Of a DNA stretch of 64,000 nucleotides, positions 17,546-27,734 are shown in pieces. Within the stretch, counting starts at the first letter, position 1. Each line of letters opens with the position of its first letter. Origin of the DNA: Escherichia phage vB_EcoM_LMP25; the sequence record MK482688.1, one strand, 5' to 3'. The notes beneath the pieces are model-generated. The model ran no database searches. It was not told the DNA's origin and saw nothing but the letters and a program-made list of their open reading frames with translations. Both the position numbers and the translations under genes were made by a program.

Positions 17546-17862
17546 GACTCACCTCTCATATTCTTGTAAAGGATAAAGCTTCTGTCATGGACGATACTTG
17601 TAGATACTGCAAAGTTACTTTCAAGCATCTGTTTATTTGGATTGTAGAAGCTTTCTTTAAACTCGTCAAGTGCAAATTGGTGATTGTCTGGAAGACCTTT
17701 TACACAGACCTTTATTGTGATTGCTGCTGCAATCTTACCAGTCAGTTCTTCTTTAGCTGCTACTAAAATTTTGTTAAGGAACTTATGACCATTTTCAGGT
17801 TTCTTGATGTTCTCCCAACGTTCCTCTAAGACGATGTTGATGTTCATCTCTTTGATTTTCAT
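17527..17862 (-). CDS. hypothetical protein
   Basis: 111 aa ORF. Confidence 0.45.
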   Translation of the reverse strand: MKIKEMNINIVLEERWENIKKPENGHKFLNKILVAAKEELTGKIAAAITIKVCVKGLPDNHQFALDEFKESFYNPNKQMLESNFAVSTSIVHDRSFILYKNMRGESCKHIG

Positions 17863-17883
17863 AATCTTCTCCAGAAATTAAAA

Positions 17884-17901
17884 AGGCTCCCGTAGGAGCC
17901 T
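17884..17901 (-). terminator. rho-independent terminator
   Basis: On - strand AGGCTCC-UACG-GGAGCCT followed by TTTTTAATTT. Confidence 0.55.
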
Positions 17902-17915
17902 CTTATCATATACTT

Positions 17916-19697
17916 TTAAAGCTGCTTGTCAATATTATTTCGAATATCACCAAGAGTTGTGTAGCCGAACTGCTCAGAGTCACTAAAGACTAGACGTAAA
18001 GCACAAGCTGGATGTTCAAGTGCATCTGCAAAGCTCTGGAACCCATAGCCATCTACAGCTTTCAGATTTTCACCATCCCACATAGGTGCTACACCACCAA
18101 AAGCAGACTTCTTAACACCACTATCTGTTTTAGGGTCTTTTGCAAGCATAATCTCTTTACCACCAATGCTTGCAAGGGTTGCTTTGACAGCAAATGCAAA
18201 GGTGTCACGAGTCATGTACTGGTAAGTGTAAGAGCCTACGCCAAACACTACGTTAGAGCTTGCAAAACCCATTTCATACAGGCGCTTCAGGATTTCGTTT
18301 GCACGTTCCAACGTGATAGAGTCGCCATAGATAAGGCCAATGTGCTCATCCAGTACCTTAAAACCTTTAGAGTTGATAGTTCCTCCAAAGATGTTATACA
18401 AGGTCTTAATAGCTCCATCAATCTCTGCTACAGGGCGTGTTACAACGTTTGCAGAGCCAACCATATAAGCGTTCTTCAACATCACTGTGTCAGCAACTTC
18501 AAAGTCTTCTCTATCAACAACCATTTCGTAGCCTTCTGACAGTAGCCATCCAGCAATACCATAGTTGATGTTTTCAAGCTTCATGTTAAGAACAGCATTC
18601 AACATTGTGTCACTGGCTTCCAGCTTGCTTAGGTGCTCGTAATAAGCCTTCTTAGCACATTCTAAGTGGATTGCTTTATAACCTGTGACAATATGTACAG
18701 GGTCTCCAGAGTCAGGACGAATTACCAGTTTGCCATCACGTTCCATAATTTCTTTACGGAGTGCTGGTAAAATTTCTGACACAGTTCTCCAGAAGTTATA
18801 AGTGTCTGAAACAATGCTTGCAATACCTGTTGGGTAAGTTTCTGTTAAGAAACGACGGAAGGTTTGTAACTCACCTTTAAAGCGTCTTTCTTCTTCAATC
18901 AACTCATTACCACCTTCCCAAGCAATGTTTGCACACATTACAGAGTGCTCAGTGGCTGGTACAGAACTACCAATATCAGAGATTGGGTAGGACTGTCCAT
19001 AGATTCGTTTAGCCGTGTATACAGCAGGGAAGCTATCAGTCCCTTTAAAGCTGGTTAAGTGACCTACAGCGTTAAATGCGTCATCAGTAAAGCCGGACAT
19101 ACCACGCATAGCAAAATCATGGCACTGATAAGGTAAATGTAAGTCATTGTCACAAGTAAGGTCAGCCCACTTCTTACAGATGCGTTTGTAATGCAATGCA
19201 ATAGTTGCAATGGTGCAAGCCTTCCAAATTTCAGCAGAGAAAGCATCTTCCAGATAACCTGCTACCCAATGAAAACCTGAAACAGTGTTCTGAAAGACAA
19301 TCATCGGGACACGCATTGGAACAACTGTGCCTTCTTCTACAGCGTATACTTCAACTGGTAGATAACCTAAGTCGTGAAGTGCTTCCCAATGCTCTCGACC
19401 GATAGCATCTTTACCCAGAACACCATTCATGACTTCTAAGATTTCATCAATGGCTTCTTTTTTATCACGTTCAAAGAAAGTGGCATTCCAGTGGTCTATC
19501 AAGTAATCTTTAACAAAACGTTGAATACCAAAAGCCACTACACCGTCAATTGCTAAGGGGCTGTTAAACCATTTGTCGCTACGTGGTGTCAGATTGAACA
19601 TCAAGTACTCTGTTGCGCTAGGATACTGGTAAACATGACCAGATTTGTAAGCATCTGCATTTAAACCTGCTGGTACTGCATAAAGTGATTTAGTCAT
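17916..19697 (-). CDS. nicotinamide phosphoribosyltransferase family protein (NAMPT/NadV-like; possibly Namat-like)
   Basis: DAYKSGHVYQYP, HDFAMRGMSGF..SFKGTD, VPATEHSVM, IRPDSGDPV, IYGDSI motifs match NAMPT family (from memory); ATG and SD verified. Confidence 0.8.
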   Translation of the reverse strand: MTKSLYAVPAGLNADAYKSGHVYQYPSATEYLMFNLTPRSDKWFNSPLAIDGVVAFGIQRFVKDYLIDHWNATFFERDKKEAIDEILEVMNGVLGKDAIGREHWEALHDLGYLPVEVYAVEEGTVVPMRVPMIVFQNTVSGFHWVAGYLEDAFSAEIWKACTIATIALHYKRICKKWADLTCDNDLHLPYQCHDFAMRGMSGFTDDAFNAVGHLTSFKGTDSFPAVYTAKRIYGQSYPISDIGSSVPATEHSVMCANIAWEGGNELIEEERRFKGELQTFRRFLTETYPTGIASIVSDTYNFWRTVSEILPALRKEIMERDGKLVIRPDSGDPVHIVTGYKAIHLECAKKAYYEHLSKLEASDTMLNAVLNMKLENINYGIAGWLLSEGYEMVVDREDFEVADTVMLKNAYMVGSANVVTRPVAEIDGAIKTLYNIFGGTINSKGFKVLDEHIGLIYGDSITLERANEILKRLYEMGFASSNVVFGVGSYTYQYMTRDTFAFAVKATLASIGGKEIMLAKDPKTDSGVKKSAFGGVAPMWDGENLKAVDGYGFQSFADALEHPACALRLVFSDSEQFGYTTLGDIRNNIDKQL

Positions 19698-19716
19698 CTT
19701 TTAATCTCTCTCAAAA

Positions 19717-19734
19717 TGGGGCTTGGAAGCCCCT
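19717..19734 (-). other. intergenic stem-loop between Prs-like and NAMPT-like genes
   Basis: GGGGCTT..AAGCCCC hairpin, short U-run only. Confidence 0.35.
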
Positions 19735-19742
19735 ATAAAGTT

Positions 19743-20624
19743 TTAATCAAGGTTTGCTACAGTAACTTGGCTATAATGTGTTAAGCCACGGTCTTTAGCT
19801 TCCCCTAAAGAGTTTGTAGTGTAGATATGGTCAATACCATTGTCAAGCAAGTTTTCAACATCTTTAGAGAAAATACCATGAGTTACATAGAGTTCCACAC
19901 GTTTTGCACCTGCTTCACGAAGATGTTTGGCTGCTTCTATGAAGGTTCGACCTCCATCACAAATATCATCCAGAATCATGACAGTTTTATCTGTCAAATC
20001 AACATCGTCAAGGATTCGCATACCAGTAATTTCACCAGTCTTAAGGTTACGCACCTTAGACATTGTGATGTATGGTTTATCCACCTCTTTAGCAGTCTCT
20101 GCAATCTTCTTAGCAGCACCTGCATCTGGGGCTACTAAGTAATCAATCAGTGGGTCATTTGCGTAGTGAACTGCAATCTCCTTTTGAGGAATACTCTGGA
20201 AGCAGTTAAACAGGTTATCTGGAACGTAACTGTGAGGGTCAACTGCACAGACTGCACCAAATCCCATTGCATTTACCTGTTTAGCAAAAACCTTTAAAGC
20301 TGCTGCGTCGCCTTTAAACATGTGACGGTCATAACGTGCATTTGGTAAGTAGTAAAAGATGACAGTCTTTAAAGCATAATCATGAGGAATTAAATCATCA
20401 ATTGCTTCTTTAGCAAGTGCCACAGCAAACAATGTATCCTTATCATAACCTTTTACAATCATAATCACATTGTTGATGGATGATGCTGCATAAGCAGTGA
20501 AATCAACAAACTCTGGCGAAAAGTGCCCACCAATCTCACCAGAAGGAAATTGGATGATGTTAAACTCTTCTTCATGAGTTCCTTTAGTTGGTGAATGAAC
20601 TGTAACACGGATAGATGTTTTCAT
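19743..20624 (-). CDS. ribose-phosphate pyrophosphokinase (PRPP synthetase) family protein (possibly ADPR-PP synthetase-like)
   Basis: VMILDDICDGGRT PRPP-binding loop and Prs-like N-half; ATG at 20624 (track start 20639 is TTG). Confidence 0.7.
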   Translation of the reverse strand: MKTSIRVTVHSPTKGTHEEEFNIIQFPSGEIGGHFSPEFVDFTAYAASSINNVIMIVKGYDKDTLFAVALAKEAIDDLIPHDYALKTVIFYYLPNARYDRHMFKGDAAALKVFAKQVNAMGFGAVCAVDPHSYVPDNLFNCFQSIPQKEIAVHYANDPLIDYLVAPDAGAAKKIAETAKEVDKPYITMSKVRNLKTGEITGMRILDDVDLTDKTVMILDDICDGGRTFIEAAKHLREAGAKRVELYVTHGIFSKDVENLLDNGIDHIYTTNSLGEAKDRGLTHYSQVTVANLD

Positions 20625-20635
20625 AGTTTTCTCTC

Positions 20636-20914
20636 TCAATCAAAAGTTACGTTTGTTACTGCCATTGCAGATTTGCATTTTGCAGGGTCTACAACGTGAT
20701 AAAGTACACTACAGTTACCTGTGCTGTCTGGTACAGGTTTAACCCATTGTTGCTTGACAGTTGGTTCGCCTAAGTCTTTGTAAGAACCATCTGTAAAGTT
20801 GTTTACCATCTCAAGTGCAATTGGCTCTGGAACATGACCACGTATCATGTACATTTCACAACCATTACCTCCTTCACTGACTAATGGTAAAATCTCCCAC
20901 TTTTCTTTAGCCAT
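20636..20914 (-). CDS. hypothetical protein
   Basis: 92 aa ORF. Confidence 0.45.
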   Translation of the reverse strand: MAKEKWEILPLVSEGGNGCEMYMIRGHVPEPIALEMVNNFTDGSYKDLGEPTVKQQWVKPVPDSTGNCSVLYHVVDPAKCKSAMAVTNVTFD

Positions 20915-21422
20915 TATAAGTTGCCCTATAAACTGTCTCGAACTTCAACAGGAGAGATATTGCCAAATCTGTATAGTTGTTGTCAAGCACATCTGGCATA
21001 TTATTTTTGATATATTTCTCTTGCTCTTCATAGGTCATCTTGGGGATACTTAGGAGGCTATCTCCTTGCTTCTGGTTATCAGTTTTAGTTTGGATAAACC
21101 AGTTTGCACAGTGGTGTTCACCACCTTTTGTAACAGGTTTGTGATGACCTAATGTAAATGTTTGCTTACCCGTATACCTGCAAAGATTGTTCAGTGTTGC
21201 AATGGTGTTCTTCACAACACACCATTCATACAGGTTATCTATTGTGTAGTGTGGGTAATAACGGACAAGTGCTCTTTCACGGAAGTTATCACGATTCCAA
21301 AGAACCATGTGATTAGAATTTGAAGGGTCATATTTGTGGGAGTCTATAAACTCTTGACGCTCATCAAAGCTGAGTCTTAGAACTGACATTGCAGCAGAAC
21401 GTTTTAGGTTTGACAGATACAT
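20907..21422 (-). CDS. hypothetical protein
   Basis: 171 aa ORF. Confidence 0.5.
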   Translation of the reverse strand: MYLSNLKRSAAMSVLRLSFDERQEFIDSHKYDPSNSNHMVLWNRDNFRERALVRYYPHYTIDNLYEWCVVKNTIATLNNLCRYTGKQTFTLGHHKPVTKGGEHHCANWFIQTKTDNQKQGDSLLSIPKMTYEEQEKYIKNNMPDVLDNNYTDLAISLLLKFETVYRATYNG

Positions 21423-21472
21423 ATCATCTCCAAAATAAAAGGGAACCTTTACAGTTCCCTTATAGTATCTGT

Positions 21473-21793
21473 TTACTGAGCTACTTTCAAGATGCTTGTG
21501 AATGAAATCTCACTCTCATCCATAAACTCTTTTGCTTCCCCAGTAACTTTTACAAAGTTATCTAGGCAGATAATCTTCTTATCTTTCTTGCTGTAGGTTA
21601 GCTTAACCTTTTCAATATCTTTCTTAGAGCTTTTCTCTTCATTAAAGAGTTTTACAGCTTCTTTGAATGGTAGGTATGAGCCATCATCATCGCTAATAAA
21701 ACCTGTACCACAATAGTAGAAGTTATATTCTTTAGCCATAAACTGGCACAGTACGAAAATCTGTAATTTACGAGTGTTATAAACTTTGCTCAT
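21473..21793 (-). CDS. hypothetical protein
   Basis: 106 aa ORF. Confidence 0.45.
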   Translation of the reverse strand: MSKVYNTRKLQIFVLCQFMAKEYNFYYCGTGFISDDDGSYLPFKEAVKLFNEEKSSKKDIEKVKLTYSKKDKKIICLDNFVKVTGEAKEFMDESEISFTSILKVAQ

Positions 21794-21795
21794 GA

Positions 21796-22053
21796 TTATT
21801 TAGCCTTCTTATTACGTTTACGGTTACGAGCTTTCTTAGCTGCTCGTTTAATAGCTGCTGCACCAGACGGACGGTGGGCTTGTTTCTTACCACCTTTGCC
21901 ACGGCCTACATAGATACTTTTCATAATCTCATTAGCCAGCTTCTCATCCATCTTAAAGTTCTGCATAAGATGAGTCACATCAACACCAGTGAGCATACCT
22001 AATGAAGCTAGTGCTGCTTTTACTTTTGATTTAAAACTATTCCAGAGTCCCAT
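21796..22053 (-). CDS. hypothetical small basic protein
   Basis: 85 aa, Lys/Arg-rich C-terminus. Confidence 0.45.
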   Translation of the reverse strand: MGLWNSFKSKVKAALASLGMLTGVDVTHLMQNFKMDEKLANEIMKSIYVGRGKGGKKQAHRPSGAAAIKRAAKKARNRKRNKKAK

Positions 22054-22178
22054 TTCATATCTCTCTCAATCTTTTCACAAAAGATTTTAAGTTCTTCTTC
22101 AGTGACACCAAACGGTTAAGTTTGTTCTGTAGAACATTGTAAAGTGGCCTTTACCGATAACCTACTTTACGACGAGAC

Positions 22179-22664
22179 TTACTCGGCTCGCCACTGACAA
22201 TCACCTTGCCACCCATACTCTTTTCTCCAGAGGTTTTGGTTATCAGAACCACGATACGGTTTAACTGTTGGTTTAGATGAATCATACTTACCATCAATCA
22301 CCACGTCAACATATTTCATTACATCTAGGTGAATTTTTTCGTGTAACTGAAAACCTGTCCAGAGCCAGATAGACTTCTCTGGGTAAACAGTTTTAATACG
22401 TTTACATATATTGGTAACCTCTTGAATATTTCTATCATCCAGAGGTTCTCCACCAAGTATTGACAACCCACTGACAGCATCGTCACCCATTAACTGGATG
22501 ATTCCATATAGGTTTGCATAAGTGAACACTTTACCAGCATTAAACTTCCAAGACTCCCTGTTAAAGCAGCCTTCGCAGTGATGCTTACAACCAGCTACGA
22601 AGAGGCTTACACGAACCCCTTCACCATTAGCTGTGTCAAATGGTCGAATCTCCATGTAATTCAT
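22179..22664 (-). CDS. nrdG: anaerobic ribonucleotide reductase activating protein (radical SAM)
   Basis: CKHHCEGC = CxxxCxxC radical-SAM cluster motif near N-terminus; adjacent to nrdD. Confidence 0.75.
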   Translation of the reverse strand: MNYMEIRPFDTANGEGVRVSLFVAGCKHHCEGCFNRESWKFNAGKVFTYANLYGIIQLMGDDAVSGLSILGGEPLDDRNIQEVTNICKRIKTVYPEKSIWLWTGFQLHEKIHLDVMKYVDVVIDGKYDSSKPTVKPYRGSDNQNLWRKEYGWQGDCQWRAE

Positions 22665-22673
22665 CTAGTTACC

Positions 22674-22973
22674 TCACCAATACATATAAGTGTTCTTAGC
22701 GGCTTTCTTTGGAGACTTGCTATCAATGTCAAAGTCTTCATCTAAGAAGGATGTCTTAGAAAGCTGCCTGATTTGTGTTCTTGTAAGACGTTTAGTAGCC
22801 TTCTTAATCTCCCTACAAGGTTGACTTGTAAAGTCATAAGAGCCACCTTTTCTGGACATCATATCAGAATGGAAGTAGACATCTGAAGCATTTTCTCTGT
22901 TACGTACCTCATTTCTCCACTCATAGAGTCCATGAACGTTCTTTAAACCTTTTCTTCGAATTGTTTTACTCAT
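22674..22973 (-). CDS. hypothetical protein
   Basis: 99 aa ORF. Confidence 0.45.
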   Translation of the reverse strand: MSKTIRRKGLKNVHGLYEWRNEVRNRENASDVYFHSDMMSRKGGSYDFTSQPCREIKKATKRLTRTQIRQLSKTSFLDEDFDIDSKSPKKAAKNTYMYW

Positions 22974-23365
22974 TCAAACACCACCTGACAAGGAACCTGT
23001 TTAGTAATAAATTCTTCACAGTGCTCTTTAATGAAGTTTTGTAATGGTACACAATCTTGTGCGCAAGTCATTAGCATAATGTACTCTGGATTCATGATGT
23101 TTTCAAGACTGTAGAAGACAACATCATCAGATAGTTCGTGACCATCTTCTTCAGACCAAGTTCCAGTGACTACAGCTAATTTGTCAAGCAATTCATTAGG
23201 CAATGCTACACCATCTTCTACAGAATCACTTAGAACATTGTCGCCGATATACAATGTGAAGACCGTGTGGAATGTTGAGTATCTTACGTGATTCTTTTCA
23301 CAAGAGCCACACTCTGAGGCATAATCTTTAATCCACTCTAACTGTTTTTGGCTCAACTTAATCAT
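22970..23365 (-). CDS. hypothetical protein
   Basis: 131 aa ORF, ATGA overlap. Confidence 0.5.
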   Translation of the reverse strand: MIKLSQKQLEWIKDYASECGSCEKNHVRYSTFHTVFTLYIGDNVLSDSVEDGVALPNELLDKLAVVTGTWSEEDGHELSDDVVFYSLENIMNPEYIMLMTCAQDCVPLQNFIKEHCEEFITKQVPCQVVFE

Positions 23366-23562
23366 AATTTCACCTTAGTTGGTAATGCACTGAATGCTAT
23401 GACTAACCCTAAAAATGGTTTGAAGCATGACCATAAATCCATCTGACCATGATATGAGAAACTCCATTGTGGGTCTGAAAAACCCCATACCATAACACTA
23501 ACCCCAAAGAAGAAGACTAGAATATGGAGTATGTATATCAACGCTTTTGATATCTTAAACAT
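23362..23562 (-). CDS. small membrane protein
   Basis: 66 aa, two hydrophobic segments. Confidence 0.4.
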   Translation of the reverse strand: MFKISKALIYILHILVFFFGVSVMVWGFSDPQWSFSYHGQMDLWSCFKPFLGLVIAFSALPTKVKL

Positions 23563-23716
23563 TTTAACTTACCTTTCAATTCACAATAAGAGAGTCCTAA
23601 AAAGAACCCTAGTAAGACAGAACCTATGAACAACCCAATAATACTCTCTGCCATATCTAACATCCAATAAAAAAGGTGATGTAAGCCTATCAAGACTCAC
23701 ACCACCATGTCAAGTT

Positions 23717-25861
23717 TTACATAGAAACTCTGTCACGAATCTCAGCGATTTTTGCATCGTTCATTCGGGATTCACCTTTAATCTTAGTCCATCCAAGATA
23801 CCCACACACCCTGTTAATCACAGAGATATCATGTGAGTGACAAACTTCACATTCTTCAACATCAGCCTTTGGCCTGTTACCACAATGTTCACAGATTGCT
23901 AAGTCAAAGTTAAGTCCCTGATAGAAACCTTTCAACATTCCTCTTGTAATACAGCTCTTAAGTGCTGATAAGTTTTCTGGGTTAGCTACTCTTACATACT
24001 GGATTCTACCGCCTCTACAGATATGGAAGAAGGGTTCTTCTAAGTCCTGCTTCTCAAATGGTGAGATGTTTGCTGCAACATTCATATGGAAACTGTTTGT
24101 AAAGTATTCCTTGTCAGAAACGCCTTTGATAACACCAAACATATCTCTGAACTGTTTTAGCTGAGTTCCACACAATGACTCTGCTGGAGTACCATATACT
24201 GCATACAAGAAGCCATCTTCATTTTTAAACTCTTCAGTTTTCATGTTGATGTACGCCAGAACATCGTATGCAAAACTATAGCTTCCAACTTCATGAAGTC
24301 GTTTACCCTCAGCAAGAACAGATAGCTCATCAAGAGCAGTAACCCCAAAAGAAGCTGTGAAGGACTTCACGATATCCCAACCAACCTTGTCAGTAGGTTT
24401 CTTAGTCCCTTTGTACAGACCACCTTGTGTGAATGCAAGAGGGTTAGAACTTGCTGGCATATTAGCAATCATTTCGTAGCGTTTCTTGTGGAAGCTGCGA
24501 ATCATCTCTAGGTACTTATCAAGCTCTTTCCAGAAATCTAAACCACTCTCTTTAGAATACTGGTAAATCATTGGTAAGTTCAAAGATACAGCACCAATGT
24601 TAGCACGACCAACGTAGAACTCTTCCCCATTCTCGTTAAGATACGGAGATAAGAAGGCTCTGCAACCCATCGGTGAAATTACCTTACCAGAACGCTCAAA
24701 AGCCTCTGCTACAGCACCATGACCAGATACACTTAAGAAATCTGGATACATTGCTTTAGAGCAACACTCAATAGCTTTACTGTACAGGTGACCTTGACAG
24801 ATATTCTCATTGTGTCTCTTCTGGTCATAAATATAAACCAGTTTAGGGAATACAACAGGTTTCTTGCTCTTACCTTGACCATTCATACGAACATCTAGGA
24901 GAGTACTTGCAATCATATATTGCAGTCGGTTATCTTCATTGGACATATCTGAGTCAAGTAACCCGAATGTCAAAGTTGTGAATGCAAAATCACCACGGCT
25001 ACAAGGCACGGTATTTAGTTTCATCTCAAGTGACTGAAAACCTTGAGTCAGTTCAATTTGTAACTGCTCCATTACATAATTGTGGTAATGCTCTTTAGGA
25101 ATACCATAAGATGATGCTTTCTCAGCATGATAGCGTAGAGACTTCTTAGCATACGGTACAAGTACCTTATCAATCTCTGCTAAAGTAAAACCACCAAATT
25201 GCTGTGCAGTTGCTGAAAGTACTACGTCACCAATAACCTGCAACGCTGACAGTACAGATTTAGGTTCACAGTACTCAATGCCGGACATTTCAAAGCCACC
25301 TTTTAGTACTTTACCAATGTCAAACAGGCAACAGTTAATACCACCAAAAATCAGGTCTCTTAAATCATGGATATAGATAAAGCCTTTCTCAATGGCTTCA
25401 AGTTCCTCTGGTGTTAGATGATACTGTTTAAAGATTTCTTTAGTCAGGTAACCACGGATAATTGAACCTTTCGTAGAAATTAAACTGCTGTCAAAGTTAG
25501 CATTTTCACGGTCACCTAAGAAGAGTGTATCTTTAGTCTTCTGGTAGAGTTCATCCCAATTTTGAGCAACCTCTTTACGGTAATTTCTATATGTTGAGTA
25601 AGACTCATAAATCTCGTGATTGACTTCTGCCAAAGCACCCTCAACAATACTGTGAATATCATTTACCGAAATTAGCAAATTATTCTGCTTAGTGGACTTT
25701 ACCAGAATCCTCATAAATGCTGACTCAAGAGCTTGAGTAACATCTGGTGGAAGCTCTTTATAACCAACTCTGTTAGCTGACTTTGTGACTGCTGCTAAAA
25801 CTTTTTTGATATCAGGTTCTTCAAGTGAGCCATTCTTTTTAATAATCTGTACTTTGTTCAT
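23717..25861 (-). CDS. nrdD: anaerobic ribonucleoside-triphosphate reductase
   Basis: 714 aa; C-terminal Cys cluster CEHCG..CEVCH and glycyl-radical motif RVCGYLG. Confidence 0.85.
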   Translation of the reverse strand: MNKVQIIKKNGSLEEPDIKKVLAAVTKSANRVGYKELPPDVTQALESAFMRILVKSTKQNNLLISVNDIHSIVEGALAEVNHEIYESYSTYRNYRKEVAQNWDELYQKTKDTLFLGDRENANFDSSLISTKGSIIRGYLTKEIFKQYHLTPEELEAIEKGFIYIHDLRDLIFGGINCCLFDIGKVLKGGFEMSGIEYCEPKSVLSALQVIGDVVLSATAQQFGGFTLAEIDKVLVPYAKKSLRYHAEKASSYGIPKEHYHNYVMEQLQIELTQGFQSLEMKLNTVPCSRGDFAFTTLTFGLLDSDMSNEDNRLQYMIASTLLDVRMNGQGKSKKPVVFPKLVYIYDQKRHNENICQGHLYSKAIECCSKAMYPDFLSVSGHGAVAEAFERSGKVISPMGCRAFLSPYLNENGEEFYVGRANIGAVSLNLPMIYQYSKESGLDFWKELDKYLEMIRSFHKKRYEMIANMPASSNPLAFTQGGLYKGTKKPTDKVGWDIVKSFTASFGVTALDELSVLAEGKRLHEVGSYSFAYDVLAYINMKTEEFKNEDGFLYAVYGTPAESLCGTQLKQFRDMFGVIKGVSDKEYFTNSFHMNVAANISPFEKQDLEEPFFHICRGGRIQYVRVANPENLSALKSCITRGMLKGFYQGLNFDLAICEHCGNRPKADVEECEVCHSHDISVINRVCGYLGWTKIKGESRMNDAKIAEIRDRVSM

Positions 25862-25884
25862 TATTGCCCCTTTACATGCTAAAA

Positions 25885-25900
25885 AGGTCTCCGAAGAGAC
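25885..25900 (-). terminator. rho-independent terminator
   Basis: On - strand GGTCTC-UUCG-GAGACC followed by TTTTTAGCATG. Confidence 0.5.
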
Positions 25901-25909
25901 CCTTTCATT

Positions 25910-26116
25910 TTAAATCTTTTTAGAAAACTTAGAAACGAGTTTTCTCAGTTTTTCAGTGATGCCTAACTGTATCTCTAATATTTCAAAGATAACCCATAGT
26001 AACATGGCTCCAAACAATGAACCTTGTTCAAAATCAGTAAATAGGTTAACAACAAGCATACCAATCACAATGGCTGGTGCATCAACAACCAGACCTTCCC
26101 AAAGGCGTTTAAGCAT
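25910..26116 (-). CDS. small membrane protein
   Basis: 68 aa, hydrophobic. Confidence 0.4.
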   Translation of the reverse strand: MLKRLWEGLVVDAPAIVIGMLVVNLFTDFEQGSLFGAMLLWVIFEILEIQLGITEKLRKLVSKFSKKI

Positions 26117-26351
26117 TATTCACCTCTGCCATAAAATTCTGTAGCGTTCCAACAGGTTTTAGGTTTTGTCCATCAGTTTTCATGATGAATGGCATCTGAC
26201 GAACTGGCATCTGTGCAATATCCATCAGGTCTGATAGTTCATAGTCCTGCCCTAACATTCTCACAACATGGTCAATACCACGAGCTTTTGCAAAATTCTT
26301 TGCAGTCTCACACTGAGGGCATCCAGTTTTGGAGTAAATTACATAAGTCAT
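26109..26351 (-). CDS. glutaredoxin/NrdH-like redoxin
   Basis: CPQC active-site motif at residues 11-14; located beside nrdB. Confidence 0.7.
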   Translation of the reverse strand: MTYVIYSKTGCPQCETAKNFAKARGIDHVVRMLGQDYELSDLMDIAQMPVRQMPFIMKTDGQNLKPVGTLQNFMAEVNNA

Positions 26352-27424
26352 TAAGGAACCTCTAAAAATCCACTATTCAAATCATCTACAACAGTATTCA
26401 ACAGGTACGCACCGTTCTGTTGCTCCTGATTAGCATTCTGCTCTTTATCAATTTCCATCTTCTTAATCATGTACTTCAAAGGTGGTTCTTTAGGAGCTAC
26501 AAAATCTCTGGGAATGCCAAACATATCATACAGTGGGGCAGCATTATAGTAAACCCACTCATGAAGAAGCTTTGTATTCAAGCCAACTACAGCACGTCCT
26601 TCGGAGAAGATATAATACGACCATTTCTCTTCACTTTCAACTACTTCATCTAAGATTACTTTAATCTCTGGAAGAATTTGTTGAAAAGCTTTCTGCCATT
26701 CATCATCTCTTAAAGTTTCTTTTAAAACTTCAATATCAATTTTAGTGTGAAGGATTTCGTCAAGCATAATTTTCTGGACAGCTTGAGCAATACCCTGAAA
26801 TTTATCTTGAGCATCAAGTGCAAAAGTACATGCAAAGGATGCCATAAAAGATATGCCTTCAAGTGCAGTCACTGCAAACAGCCCTTTCAGAATCACTTTA
26901 TGGAAGTGCAAAGGGTCTTTGTCCAGAAGTGAATCACGTACATAACTCAGACGGTAGTTTATACCTTCATCCAGTAATTCTTCAAGAACACGATTCACAG
27001 TTTTTAATCGGTCTTGCACAGCAACATTCTGGTTAATCTCATCTAAGATTGTTTCAGGGTTTTTAATACATTGTCTTACAATCTCTGAGTAAGTAAGAGC
27101 ATGTAGGTTTTCAATCTCAGACTGCTTCATAATTGCAGTTGCATAGATGTCATCAGAGATAAAGGGTGCAAAGGCAAATGCCAAGCTCTTAGCAACTTGA
27201 GTATCTGCTTCCCATTGCCACTTAAGAATCTCAAGCATTACACCTGACATTGATGCTGGGACACTCTCAAAATCAAGACGTGATTGTTCAAAAGGGAACT
27301 CATCTTCTGACCAGTCTTGTGCTTTTTGTTGTTTATAAAGTTCAAAGATTTTTGGGTAGTGCTTATTGAGTGAGTCAAAAGTTTTTCTCTCACCACCTAA
27401 AAAGATTGGGTGCTGGTTAATCAT
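26351..27424 (-). CDS. nrdB: ribonucleotide reductase small subunit (class I, beta)
   Basis: Ferritin-like helical protein directly downstream of nrdA; ATGA overlap start at 27424 chosen over track start 27484. Confidence 0.75.
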   Translation of the reverse strand: MINQHPIFLGGERKTFDSLNKHYPKIFELYKQQKAQDWSEDEFPFEQSRLDFESVPASMSGVMLEILKWQWEADTQVAKSLAFAFAPFISDDIYATAIMKQSEIENLHALTYSEIVRQCIKNPETILDEINQNVAVQDRLKTVNRVLEELLDEGINYRLSYVRDSLLDKDPLHFHKVILKGLFAVTALEGISFMASFACTFALDAQDKFQGIAQAVQKIMLDEILHTKIDIEVLKETLRDDEWQKAFQQILPEIKVILDEVVESEEKWSYYIFSEGRAVVGLNTKLLHEWVYYNAAPLYDMFGIPRDFVAPKEPPLKYMIKKMEIDKEQNANQEQQNGAYLLNTVVDDLNSGFLEVP

Positions 27425-27678
27425 AGCGTGATTTCTCCTTTCTTTATCATTTCTAAGGCTTGTTTTCTGTCTAAAACTTCCCAATTTTCTTTGTTAAACA
27501 TCTCATAAGGTCTTGCGTAGATTTTACCATCTGCTGTAGAGATGTAAGAGATACCAGCAACCCATGAGTCATCATTTTGTTTTATCATCATGTCTGTGCT
27601 ACTCACATAGTACATCGTTTTCCGAGGCTTATGGAGCAAGTATATAGGTCGCTCATGTTTTTCTATTAAATCTTTCAT
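27421..27678 (-). CDS. hypothetical small protein between nrdA and nrdB
   Basis: ATG at 27678 with GGAGAG upstream; track start 27756 would overlap nrdA. Confidence 0.4.
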   Translation of the reverse strand: MKDLIEKHERPIYLLHKPRKTMYYVSSTDMMIKQNDDSWVAGISYISTADGKIYARPYEMFNKENWEVLDRKQALEMIKKGEITL

Positions 27679-27734
27679 GGTCTCTCCAAAGTTATTTTTA
27701 GAGGGTCTTTTACGACCCCCCATAGTTGTTAAAA

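Noticed and set aside
18012-18539. Antisense ORFs inside large genes (18012..18539, 39349..39738, 39793..40197, 48691..49107, 55005..55532 and similar)
   Set aside because: They lie entirely within well-supported genes on the opposite strand, lack SD sequences and have low-complexity composition.
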